Shown: in pieces, positions 32,808 through 41,025 of the stretch
Position numbering within the stretch: position 1 is the stretch's first letter
Layout of the letters: each line of letters begins with the position of its first letter
Assembly: GCA_963743885.1 (NCBI GenBank)
Contig: CAVURJ010000001.1
Coordinates: 279,488 to 343,487 of the forward strand
Source of the DNA: Candidatus Moraniibacteriota bacterium
GTDB taxonomy: Bacteria; Patescibacteriota; Minisyncoccia; Moranbacterales; UBA1568
DNA: 64,000 nucleotides
Direction: 5' to 3'
Made by a program: the position numbers and the translations under genes
The notes under the pieces: generated by a model
Seen by the model: the letters and a program-made list of their open reading frames with translations, nothing else
What the model was told of the DNA's origin: nothing
Database searches by the model: none

Positions 32808-33320
32808 ATGGTTGAATACGAGCTGTTTTATCTCGTCGGTGAGTCGAAGGACGCGGAGCTGCCGCGCATCCGGACCGCAGTCGAGGAGGTTGTTACATCG
32901 AACGGAGGCACGTTCCTTCCGCCGATGACTGAAGAGAAGCGCAAGATGGCGTACGAAGTGAAGAAGGAAGTGCGTGGCACATACATCGCCCGCCGCTTCA
33001 CGTTGCCGGATGTCGATGAACGCGAGGCTGCTGGTACGGAGCTCGACGGGGAGGGGATGTACCCGATCGCTGCGATGAACCGCACGCTTCAGTTGTCGAA
33101 GGATGTGCTTCGTTCCATCATCGTCCGCGCGGACGATATGCCGGAACTCAAGGCTATCGAGCGCGTTGAGCGCCCGAAGACGGAGAATCGGAGCGGACGC
33201 TATGAGCGCCGTGGCGCAGTGCGTCCGATGCCGCAGGCCCCGATCGCCCCGAAGGAAGAGGCCAAGCCGGTCAGCCAGGAGCAGATCGATGCCCAGCTCA
33301 AGGAGAAGTTGGATATCTAG
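32808..33320 (+). CDS. rpsF: 30S ribosomal protein S6
   Basis: YEL.Y, KRKMAYEVKK..GTY, VLRSII; rpsF-ssb-rpsR synteny. Confidence 0.9.
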   Translation: MVEYELFYLVGESKDAELPRIRTAVEEVVTSNGGTFLPPMTEEKRKMAYEVKKEVRGTYIARRFTLPDVDEREAAGTELDGEGMYPIAAMNRTLQLSKDVLRSIIVRADDMPELKAIERVERPKTENRSGRYERRGAVRPMPQAPIAPKEEAKPVSQEQIDAQLKEKLDI

Positions 33321-33359
33321 CCGGTCCTTTCAGAAGCTACACGCTAAAAGTTCAAATAT

Positions 33360-33860
33360 ATGAACGTCAACAAGGCAATCATCGTCGGCAGGCTGACTCG
33401 TGATCCGGAGATGCGTTCGACGCCTTCTGGTCAGTCGGTCACGACGCTTTCGCTCGCAACCAACAACTTCTGGACCGATAAGGGTGGTCAGAAGCAGGAG
33501 AAGACTGAGTTCCACAATATCGTCCTGTGGGGACGTCTCGCCGAAGTCGCATCGCAGTACCTGACCAAGGGCCAGGAGTGTTATGTAGAGGGCAGGCTCC
33601 AGACCCGCGAGTATACCGCGAAGGATGGTACGCAGAAGAAGACGACTGAGATTGTCGGTGAGGCGATGCAACTCGGCAGCCGTGCGCAAGGGGCGCAGAG
33701 CGGAAGCCAGGGTGGTAGCTATGCCCGTCCAGCCGCTGCCGCAGCCGCTCCGGCCGCTGCTACGAGGCCGCAGGCTCAGGCGCCGATCGAAGAGGAGATC
33801 CCAACCATCAATCTCGATGACGAGAAGGATGAGGTCAGGATCGAGGACGTCCCGTTTTAA
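33360..33860 (+). CDS. ssb: Single-stranded DNA-binding protein
   Basis: NKAIIVGRLTRDPE, VEGRLQTR, acidic tail EDVPF. Confidence 0.97.
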   Translation: MNVNKAIIVGRLTRDPEMRSTPSGQSVTTLSLATNNFWTDKGGQKQEKTEFHNIVLWGRLAEVASQYLTKGQECYVEGRLQTREYTAKDGTQKKTTEIVGEAMQLGSRAQGAQSGSQGGSYARPAAAAAAPAAATRPQAQAPIEEEIPTINLDDEKDEVRIEDVPF

Positions 33861-33897
33861 AGAACTAATGAAGCTAATAAGCTAAGAAGCTAGTACT

Positions 33898-34092
33898 ATG
33901 GATTCATCGATGAGCAAGAAGCTCGCCAAGCTCGACTATAAGGATGCGTATTTTCTTCGCAAGTTCCTGAACTCGCAGGGCAAGCTGTATCCGCCGAAGC
34001 GCTACGGTCTTTCGGCCAAGGAGCAGCGTGGATTGGCGAACGCCGTCAAGCGCGCCCGGTTCATGGCGCTTATCCCGTACGTAGTAAAGTAA
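33898..34092 (+). CDS. rpsR: 30S ribosomal protein S18
   Basis: DYKD..L.KF....GK, QR.LA.AVKRAR.MAL.PY. Confidence 0.95.
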   Translation: MDSSMSKKLAKLDYKDAYFLRKFLNSQGKLYPPKRYGLSAKEQRGLANAVKRARFMALIPYVVK

Positions 34093-34192
34093 GTCCATAA
34101 AGTCCATAAAGTTTTTAAAGTTATAAAGTTCGTGGTTTCGGTGGAGTAGCCGGCTTTGTGAACTTTACAAACTTTCAACTTTACAAACTTAT

Positions 34193-34750
34193 ATGTTGGG
34201 AATCACAGAAATCAAGACTGGCAAGAAGATCATCTTCAATAACGAGCCGTACATCGTGCTCGAGTATCAGCATTCGAAGATCGGCCGCGGTGGTGCGGTG
34301 ATGCGGACCAAGATGAAGAACCTCCTTTCTGGCGCTATCATCGACTACGCCTATCAGGGCGCCGACAAGATCGAGGAAGCGGAGATATCGAAGTCCAAGG
34401 CACAGTATCTCTACCACGATGGTGATGAGTATCTGTTCATGGATACCGAGAGCTATGATCAGTTCTCTCTTTCCAAGGGCGTCCTGGGCGATTTTGCCAA
34501 CTATCTCGTTGATGGGACGGAAGTCTCTGTGCTCAATTGGAATAGCCAGCCGATCAACGTCGAGATCCCGGTCAAAGTGACGCTCACAGTGATCGATGCG
34601 CCTCCGGGTATCCGCGGTGATTCGGTGTCGGCCGGCGACAAGGTTGTCACTATGGAAACCGGTCTTACCGTGACGACGCCGCTCTTCATAAAGACAGGAG
34701 ACAAGCTCATCATCAATACCGAGAAAGGCACGTATGTCTCTCGCGCGTAG
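34193..34750 (+). CDS. efp: Elongation factor P
   Basis: KIGRGGA, FMDTESYDQ, PGIRGDS, PLFIKTGD, YVSR. Confidence 0.96.
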   Translation: MLGITEIKTGKKIIFNNEPYIVLEYQHSKIGRGGAVMRTKMKNLLSGAIIDYAYQGADKIEEAEISKSKAQYLYHDGDEYLFMDTESYDQFSLSKGVLGDFANYLVDGTEVSVLNWNSQPINVEIPVKVTLTVIDAPPGIRGDSVSAGDKVVTMETGLTVTTPLFIKTGDKLIINTEKGTYVSRA

Positions 34751-34911
34751 GCCAAGAAAACGGGCGGTTTATCCGCCTGTTTTTTTGTCTGAAAAATCCC
34801 TTGGAAAAGGCAGAATAGAGCCATCCGAGAGGGTTGCTCTTTTCCAGAAAAACAGCTAGAATAAGGAAGGAGAAATATATCGGCAGAAGGCTGTTTTTTT
34901 ACTTTCCGCGT

Positions 34912-35289
34912 ATGTCGTTTTCCGCCTATCTCTGGGGGATACGCCTCCTGACGCTTCTCGCGTCGGCTGCTTGGATCGGGATCATAGTATCCATTGATCC
35001 GGAGCGGGGAGGCTCGGTCGGTGCGGCGCTTTTCTTCGTCAGCTTCTTCGCGATGCTGCTCGGAGTCATGACGCTTTCCGTCATCTGGGCGTATCGTAAG
35101 GCGCTCGGCGATGCCGGGGCCGCCCAGTATTCCGGAGGAGCATTCCGTCAAGCGCTTTTGCTTGCGGTTTTCGTTTCCGGCGCGGCGTTTCTGCAGTATA
35201 TGCGGCTCCTCACGTGGTGGGATGCAGCACTCCTTTTTTCGGCAGTGCTCGCTCTGGAATTCACCGCGAGACGGATGTTTCGGGCATGA
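34912..35289 (+). CDS. Hypothetical 4-TM membrane protein
   Basis: Hydrophobic ORF with IDP and FRQALL motifs. Confidence 0.7.
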   Translation: MSFSAYLWGIRLLTLLASAAWIGIIVSIDPERGGSVGAALFFVSFFAMLLGVMTLSVIWAYRKALGDAGAAQYSGGAFRQALLLAVFVSGAAFLQYMRLLTWWDAALLFSAVLALEFTARRMFRA

Positions 35290-35374
35290 TGATAAGCACA
35301 AGAAAAATCGTATGGCTCCCCGCCTCGATTCCGAATCACGAAGAATCAGATAGTGGGGTATAAGACACGGAAAC

Positions 35375-35410
35375 CCTGCCCGAATCGCTACGCGAAACGT
35401 TGCGGGCGGG
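35375..35410 (+). repeat. 36-bp palindromic element (intergenic copy)
   Basis: CCTGCCCGAATCGCTACGCGAAACGTTGCGGGCGGG, identical to the in-frame insert in pth. Confidence 0.9.
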
Positions 35411-35504
35411 GCCTTACGGCTCTGCACGAATCAATATCAGGTATAACCAAGAATCGAAGCGGGATGCTCATAATCGTAGCTACTCGCTTCACTCATAGAC
35501 GATT

Positions 35505-37556
35505 ATGGCAAACAAGAAAACCGATCAGGGAGGGTATAGTGCCAAATCCATCCAGGTGCTCGAAGGGCTCGACCCGGTGCGCAAGCGCCCGGGCATGTAT
35601 ATTGGCGGCACGTCGACGGAAGGGCTTCATCATCTTATCTGGGAAGTGGTCAACAACTCGATCGATGAGTCGATGGCTGGTCATTGTGATGAGATCATCA
35701 TCCGCATGCTGCCGGACAACTGGATTGAGGTCGTCGATAACGGCCGCGGCATCCCGGTAGAGATCCATCCACAGACCAAAAAGTCGACGCTTGAGACTGT
35801 ACTTACCATCCTTCATGCCGGCGGCAAGTTCGGTGGTGACGGCTACAAGATTTCCGGCGGTCTTCATGGCGTCGGTGTGTCTGTCGTAAACGCTTTGTCG
35901 GCCCATACGATCGCGACGGTAGGACGCGATGGCAAGATCTGGCGACAGGAGTTCAAGCAGGGCAAGTCCCAGGGAAACGTGAAGGCTATCGGCAAGTCCG
36001 ATAAGACCGGGACGACGATCGCATTCCAGGCTGATCCGGAAATCTTTCCGGAGATCGCTTATTCCTGGTCCAAGATCCTTGAATACGTCCGCTATCAGGC
36101 ATTCCTTACGAAGGGCGTGCGCATCCTCGTCGAGGATCGTCGCGAGGTGATGAGCGAAGAGGAAGCTTACAAGGCGAAGCGCCACGGCTTCTATTTCGAT
36201 TCGGGTATCATCTCCTTCGTGAAGCACTTGAACCGCAAGAAGGAAGTAAAGAACCAGACCCCGGTCTATATCGAGAAAACCATCGATGATATCTATGTCG
36301 AGGTGTCGTTCCAGTTCACGGATGGCTTCAAGGAGCATTTGTTCTCGTTTGCCAACAACATCCTCAATCCGGGCGGTGGTACGCATGTGACCGGCTTCAA
36401 GATGGCACTGACCCGCGTGCTGAATGATTATGCCAAGAAGAACAACCTCATCAAGGAGAAGGAAGGGTCCTTCACGTCCGATGACTTGCAGGAAGGTCTG
36501 ACAGCGGTCGTCTCGGTCAAGCTCGCCAATCCGCAGTTCGAAGGCCAGACCAAGGATAAGCTGAACAATGTCGAGGCACGCGGCGCCGTATCATCTGCGA
36601 CGACTGCCGGCTTGAACGAATTCCTTGAGACGCACCCGACCGATGCGCGTGCGATGATCGACAAGTGCCTTCTCACGGTGCGTGCCCGTATCGCGGCTCG
36701 TGCTGCCAAGGACGCTGTGCTCCGCAAAGGCGCGCTCGAGGGCATGACGCTTCCGGGCAAGCTCGCTGATTGCACGACTCGCGATGTCGAGCGCTCAGAG
36801 GTCTACATCGTCGAGGGCGATTCTGCAGGTGGCTCGGCCAAGCAGGGGCGCAACCGTGAGTTCCAGGCGATATTGCCGCTCCGTGGTAAGCTGGTGAACG
36901 TCGAAAAGACTTCGCTCGATAAGGTTGTGAAGTCCGATACCCTGAAGCCAATCATTATCGCACTCGGCGTAGGCATTGGCGAGACGTTCGATATCGCGAA
37001 GCTCCGCTATGGCAAGGTCATCATCATGGCCGACGCCGACGTCGACGGTTCGCACATCCGTACGCTGCTTCTCACGTTCTTCTACCGCTACTACGAGGCG
37101 CTCGTGCGTGGTGGTCATATCTATATCGCCCAGCCGCCGCTCTATCGTCTCCAGAGGGGCAAGGATGTCCGCTATGCCTATACCGATGATGAGAAGCTCC
37201 GTATTCTCGAAGAGATGAAGCAGCTCGTCGCTGAGAAGTCTGCTGCCAAGAAGGCAAAGAAAGCCAAGGAAGAACCAGCGGAAGAGCCGGTAGCCGAAGT
37301 CTCGGCCGAGGGAAATGATGGATCAGAAACGATCGCCGGTGTAGTCATCCAGCGTTACAAAGGTCTCGGTGAGATGAACCCGGAGCAGCTCTGGGAAACG
37401 ACCATGAACCCTGACAACCGCGTGATGCTCAAGGTGAATATCGAGGATGCCGAGGAGGCTGATGAGCTTTTCGATATCCTCATGGGTAACGAAGTCGAGC
37501 CGCGCCGCCGCTTCATCCAGACGCACGCCAAGATGGTGAAGAATCTGGATGTCTAG
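35505..37556 (+). CDS. gyrB: DNA gyrase subunit B
   Basis: VRKRPGMYIG, GGLHGVG, EGDSAGG, PLRGK, DADVDG, RYKGLGEMN. Confidence 0.97.
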   Translation: MANKKTDQGGYSAKSIQVLEGLDPVRKRPGMYIGGTSTEGLHHLIWEVVNNSIDESMAGHCDEIIIRMLPDNWIEVVDNGRGIPVEIHPQTKKSTLETVLTILHAGGKFGGDGYKISGGLHGVGVSVVNALSAHTIATVGRDGKIWRQEFKQGKSQGNVKAIGKSDKTGTTIAFQADPEIFPEIAYSWSKILEYVRYQAFLTKGVRILVEDRREVMSEEEAYKAKRHGFYFDSGIISFVKHLNRKKEVKNQTPVYIEKTIDDIYVEVSFQFTDGFKEHLFSFANNILNPGGGTHVTGFKMALTRVLNDYAKKNNLIKEKEGSFTSDDLQEGLTAVVSVKLANPQFEGQTKDKLNNVEARGAVSSATTAGLNEFLETHPTDARAMIDKCLLTVRARIAARAAKDAVLRKGALEGMTLPGKLADCTTRDVERSEVYIVEGDSAGGSAKQGRNREFQAILPLRGKLVNVEKTSLDKVVKSDTLKPIIIALGVGIGETFDIAKLRYGKVIIMADADVDGSHIRTLLLTFFYRYYEALVRGGHIYIAQPPLYRLQRGKDVRYAYTDDEKLRILEEMKQLVAEKSAAKKAKKAKEEPAEEPVAEVSAEGNDGSETIAGVVIQRYKGLGEMNPEQLWETTMNPDNRVMLKVNIEDAEEADELFDILMGNEVEPRRRFIQTHAKMVKNLDV

Positions 37557-37754
37557 TTTGCAGAAGACGTATGAGATATGAGGCAAGAGGTAAGAAGGTG
37601 AAGTGAGAAGGAATTTTTGTTTCACTCATGCCTCATGCCTCGTTCCTCTTATCTCATCAGTGAGCCGGCTTGACGAAGCCTATTTTCCGTGATAATCTGC
37701 CGAAACTGGTTTCTATATATCTATCATCGCATAATCAGCATCTCGTAAACGAAT

Positions 37755-38453
37755 ATGTCAGAAGAACTTTCACTCAAGGCGGTAGTCCGCGAGAAGATGA
37801 GCGGCAAGGCGCTCGCCAAGGCCCGTAAGGATGGTCGTATCCCGGCTATTCTCTATGGCCACGGTGTCGAGCCGAAGATGCTTTGGATCGATGCTATCGC
37901 ATTCTCGAAGATGTACGCCAAGGCCGGCGAGTCGAGCATTCTTTCGCTCGCGCTCGAGGGCGGCAAGCCGGTGAACGCGCTCATTCATGATGTCGAGACC
38001 GATGCACTCTCGCACCGCTTCGCGCATGCTGATTTCTTCCAGGTACGTATGGATGAGAAGCTCGAGACGCACGTGCCGTTCGAGTTCGTCGGCGAGGCGC
38101 CGGCTGTCCGTGAGAATGGTGGTATCCTCGTGAAGCCGCTCGAAGAGCTCCATATCAGCTGTCTCCCGAAGGATCTCCCGCACGCGATTTCCGTTGATAT
38201 TTCCGCTCTCGCGACGTTTGATAGCCAGATCCAGGTGAAGGACATCAAGATGCCGCAGGGTGTCGAAGTGCTCGCTGATCCGAATGCGATGGTCGCGTTC
38301 GTCGAGGCGCCGCGCACTGATGCTCAGATGGCTGCACTTGATGAGAAGCCGGAAGGCGATGTCACCAAGGTGGAGGGCGTCGTGAAGGAAGAGGCTCCGG
38401 CTGCCGCTGATGAAAAGGCAGGCAAGCCAGAGAAGAAGGAAGAGAAGAAGTGA
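37755..38453 (+). CDS. rplY: 50S ribosomal protein L25/Ctc
   Basis: RKDGRIPAILYG, HADF, CLPKDLP. Confidence 0.93.
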   Translation: MSEELSLKAVVREKMSGKALAKARKDGRIPAILYGHGVEPKMLWIDAIAFSKMYAKAGESSILSLALEGGKPVNALIHDVETDALSHRFAHADFFQVRMDEKLETHVPFEFVGEAPAVRENGGILVKPLEELHISCLPKDLPHAISVDISALATFDSQIQVKDIKMPQGVEVLADPNAMVAFVEAPRTDAQMAALDEKPEGDVTKVEGVVKEEAPAAADEKAGKPEKKEEKK

Positions 38454-38578
38454 CCCGCAGGGTCATCCTGATCCGCCAGCTGGCGGACGAAGGATCTCAA
38501 CCAGAAGCACCTAGATTCCAAAAAGCCCTCTGCTCTCAGAGGGCTTTTTTGTACATTCCCTTACCCGTTATTTGGCTT

Positions 38579-38778
38579 AAAAAAATCTCGCCCAGCCGTT
38601 CAGTCGCTGTTTTCGGATCATCCGGCAAACTCGAAGGCTTCTCTGAAAGCGAAAGAAATCCCTGCCTACCGGCAGGCAGGCATCTCTCTTTACGGCCCCA
38701 GTCTTTCTTTCGATCAGAGAAGCCTTCTCAAACAATGCCGGATGACCGAGAAACACGTCTGCGGGGGCGGGATTTTTT
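38579..38778. repeat. ~200-nt rod-like inverted-repeat element with CCTGCCTACCGGCAGGCAGG at the apex
   Basis: Nested stems AAAAAATCTCGCCC/GGGCGGGATTTTTT, TCATCCGGCA/TGCCGGATGA, GAAGGCTTCTCTGA/TCAGAGAAGCCTTC. Confidence 0.75.
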
Positions 38779-39004
38779 GCACATCCATTCTAGGTTATTC
38801 TTTACTTAGAGGTTAAGCCTCTAAGTAAGGGAGAAGATGTTAAAAGAGGCTTTGTAGGGCATTTTTTATCGTATTTACCACACCGATGATGGACAGAATG
38901 GTGAAAAAGTGCTATAATTGATTGTTTTGAGCTGCCACTGTGGCATGACTTGAATCCGCCATCTTCCCGGGCGCAATGGGAATGTACCTTATCAGGAGAG
39001 AAAC

Positions 39005-39628
39005 ATGGCTGCTCAAAAAGTGGTCGTCGATGGGTCGACTGTCTCGGCTCGTCAGATGAAGGATTTCTGGCGTCAGGTCGACGACGGATCGATTACGGGC
39101 GAGATACTCCAAGCAGTTCTTGAACATCGTAACCCGTTCGAGAAAGTGATCAACAATGCGATGTTCACCGTCACCTCCGATGGTCGCACCGGCGAAGAGT
39201 TCATTCGTGATTTCAAGCGGAACGACTACCGCGTCGGTGACTATGCATCGGATGTGATGCGGAAGCCCGCCTTCGTCGCCACGAACGACAAGACGTACCG
39301 ACTTGGCCTCATCAAGGGAGAAGAATTCTCCGATGCCGAGCGGTCGACGAAGAATATCTGTGCTGAAGCAGCTCGTCGAGGTTGGCTCACGCCACCGGCG
39401 GAAGTCGCGCCGCTCCTTCGGGAGACGGTCTCCGATGAAGAGATCAAGCATCTCGGTCTGTGGTGGCTCGTCGTTATGCACGAACCGATTATCGATTCCG
39501 ATGGCGGTGCGCGCTTGCTCGGCCTCCACCGCCACGGTGGTGGCCAGTGGCTCGACACGCGCTACGGCAAGCCAGGCCGTCGGTGGGGTCGTGAGGATGG
39601 GTTCCTGTTCCTTCTCCCGCAAGATTAG
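39005..39628 (+). CDS. DGR target (variable) protein
   Basis: 3' end contains the VR matching the TR at 39972-40098; AGGAG upstream. Confidence 0.9.
   Translation: MAAQKVVVDGSTVSARQMKDFWRQVDDGSITGEILQAVLEHRNPFEKVINNAMFTVTSDGRTGEEFIRDFKRNDYRVGDYASDVMRKPAFVATNDKTYRLGLIKGEEFSDAERSTKNICAEAARRGWLTPPAEVAPLLRETVSDEEIKHLGLWWLVVMHEPIIDSDGGARLLGLHRHGGGQWLDTRYGKPGRRWGREDGFLFLLPQD
39496..39622 (+). mobile_element. DGR variable repeat (VR)
   Basis: 127 nt; 18 mismatches to the TR, all at TR adenines. Confidence 0.95.
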
Positions 39629-39676
39629 ATCTTGGCGCTTGTATTTTTACTCTAGCGCTTTGATCCTTTGCCCTTT

Positions 39677-39711
39677 GGGACTTTGTACATGTACGAAGTC
39701 CCTTTTCTTTT
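39677..39711 (+). terminator. Hairpin 3' of the VR (terminator or DGR target-recognition hairpin)
   Basis: GGGACTTTGTAC-AT-GTACGAAGTCCC followed by TTTTCTTTT. Confidence 0.55.
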
Positions 39712-39971
39712 GCTATACTTCGGATGGTAGTAGGCGAATCTGTGAGCGGTTACGGCTGCTTGCGGCCGAATCCAGTATCCATACATCGAGTGTATCCGCG
39801 ATTATGGTTTCGGATAGGGTGATGTATGTAGACACTTCATAAAAAATGAAGATACTTGGTGCGGTTTTCTGGGTGATTTCAATCACAAATCAGATTCAGC
39901 CCTGAGAGTTCGCTCCCGCCATTGGTGGGTGGCGAATCGAAGGGTGGTGGCAAAGATGGAAAGCCGTACGT

Positions 39972-40098
39972 TTCCGATGGCGATGCGAACTTGCTCAACC
40001 TCAACCGCAACGATGATGGCCAGTGGCTCGACACGAACTACGACAAGCCAGACAATCGGTGGAATCGTGAGAATGGGTTCCTGTTCCTTCTCCCGCAA
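39972..40098 (+). mobile_element. DGR template repeat (TR)
   Basis: AAC/AAT/GAT-rich copy of the VR with an invariant 3' end GGGTTCCTGTTCCTTCTCCCGCAA. Confidence 0.95.
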
Positions 40099-40104
40099 CT
40101 CTCT

Positions 40105-40335
40105 TCATTTCTCTCCCTTCCTTGCGCTGGGAGAGTTTTGTTTCGAGAGCTGCCCGTTCCAGCCGCCGAGCATCCGACCGATTTCGTCGATTTTCTCGGA
40201 GAGAGCGATGTATTTCTTGGTATCGACTGATTTCGTTTCCCACAGAACGAGGAGAAGGACCTTGAGTGTGTCGACTTTTCGTATCGCATGGCGGACATAG
40301 GGCATCTTTTCCTGCGGCGAGAGGAAAGCGGTTAT
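40105..40335 (-). pseudogene. avd: 5'-truncated Avd-like four-helix-bundle gene
   Basis: AFLS..EK.PYVRHAIRKVDTLK.LL.VLWE.K..D.KKYI.LS..IDEIGRMLGGW; upstream ORF part looks non-homologous. Confidence 0.75.
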
Positions 40336-40339
40336 GCCA

Positions 40340-40563
40340 GGCCAGCCGGCCTGACTAAGCCGTGGGAAACCAGGTCGATCGAGTACCTCGCAAACGAGGA
40401 AAAGATCAGCGACATCCAGTACTGGGATTTCGTGGCTACTGCCGACGACGGGAAGCAACTGTTCTACTTCATTGAAATGGATACATCTACGGGCTGGTTC
40501 CAGACGTTCTCTGGGACCAGGATCAATCCCGAGCAGGTGGACTTCCTGACGATGAAGGGGTGA
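40340..40563 (+). pseudogene. Probable 3' fragment of an unknown gene
   Basis: Protein-like C-terminus (YWDF..DDGK..FIEMD..TGWFQ) whose 5' part runs into antisense avd. Confidence 0.45.
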
Positions 40564-40762
40564 TGAACCATATCGCCCAACAAGCCGCAGCGCACTCTCG
40601 TGCTCTGCGGTTTTTTCTATCCTTTGTTCTATTGACAAAAAAACTGAAAAATGCTACAGTTTTTTGTTGCATTAAATGCAACAAGTTTGTTGTTAGGCTC
40701 AATCTTATGAGCCAGCCAGCCGTCGGCTTTGGCGGTAGAGTTACTTAAAAACGAGGGCAGTC

Positions 40763-40999
40763 ATGGTTAAGATTCTGCTGGTTGTCTTTGAACTGATCGC
40801 TATAGGGGTAGGTTTCATTTTTGCTTATTCCCAAGTGATCCTTCCGATTGTTCGGAAAATGCCGCTGTTTCCGATGTTCCGTCGCCGGCCTGCAATTGAG
40901 CGGGAGCTCGATGCGGTCAATGAGCAATTGGAAGATAAGGCGCTTCAACGCGAATTGGAGACGAAGCGGAGGCGGCTTGGCAAGACGAGCGGTAACTGA
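40763..40999 (+). CDS. Small membrane protein with a coiled-coil tail
   Basis: N-terminal TM; upstream of the SPFH gene. Confidence 0.65.
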   Translation: MVKILLVVFELIAIGVGFIFAYSQVILPIVRKMPLFPMFRRRPAIERELDAVNEQLEDKALQRELETKRRRLGKTSGN

Positions 41000-41025
41000 A
41001 GTTCACTTAAACAAGGAGAGGTTCC

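Noticed and set aside
39922-40230. 102-aa ORF as a paralog of the DGR target
   Set aside because: It is the TR read in frame plus antisense avd; TTG start and no RBS
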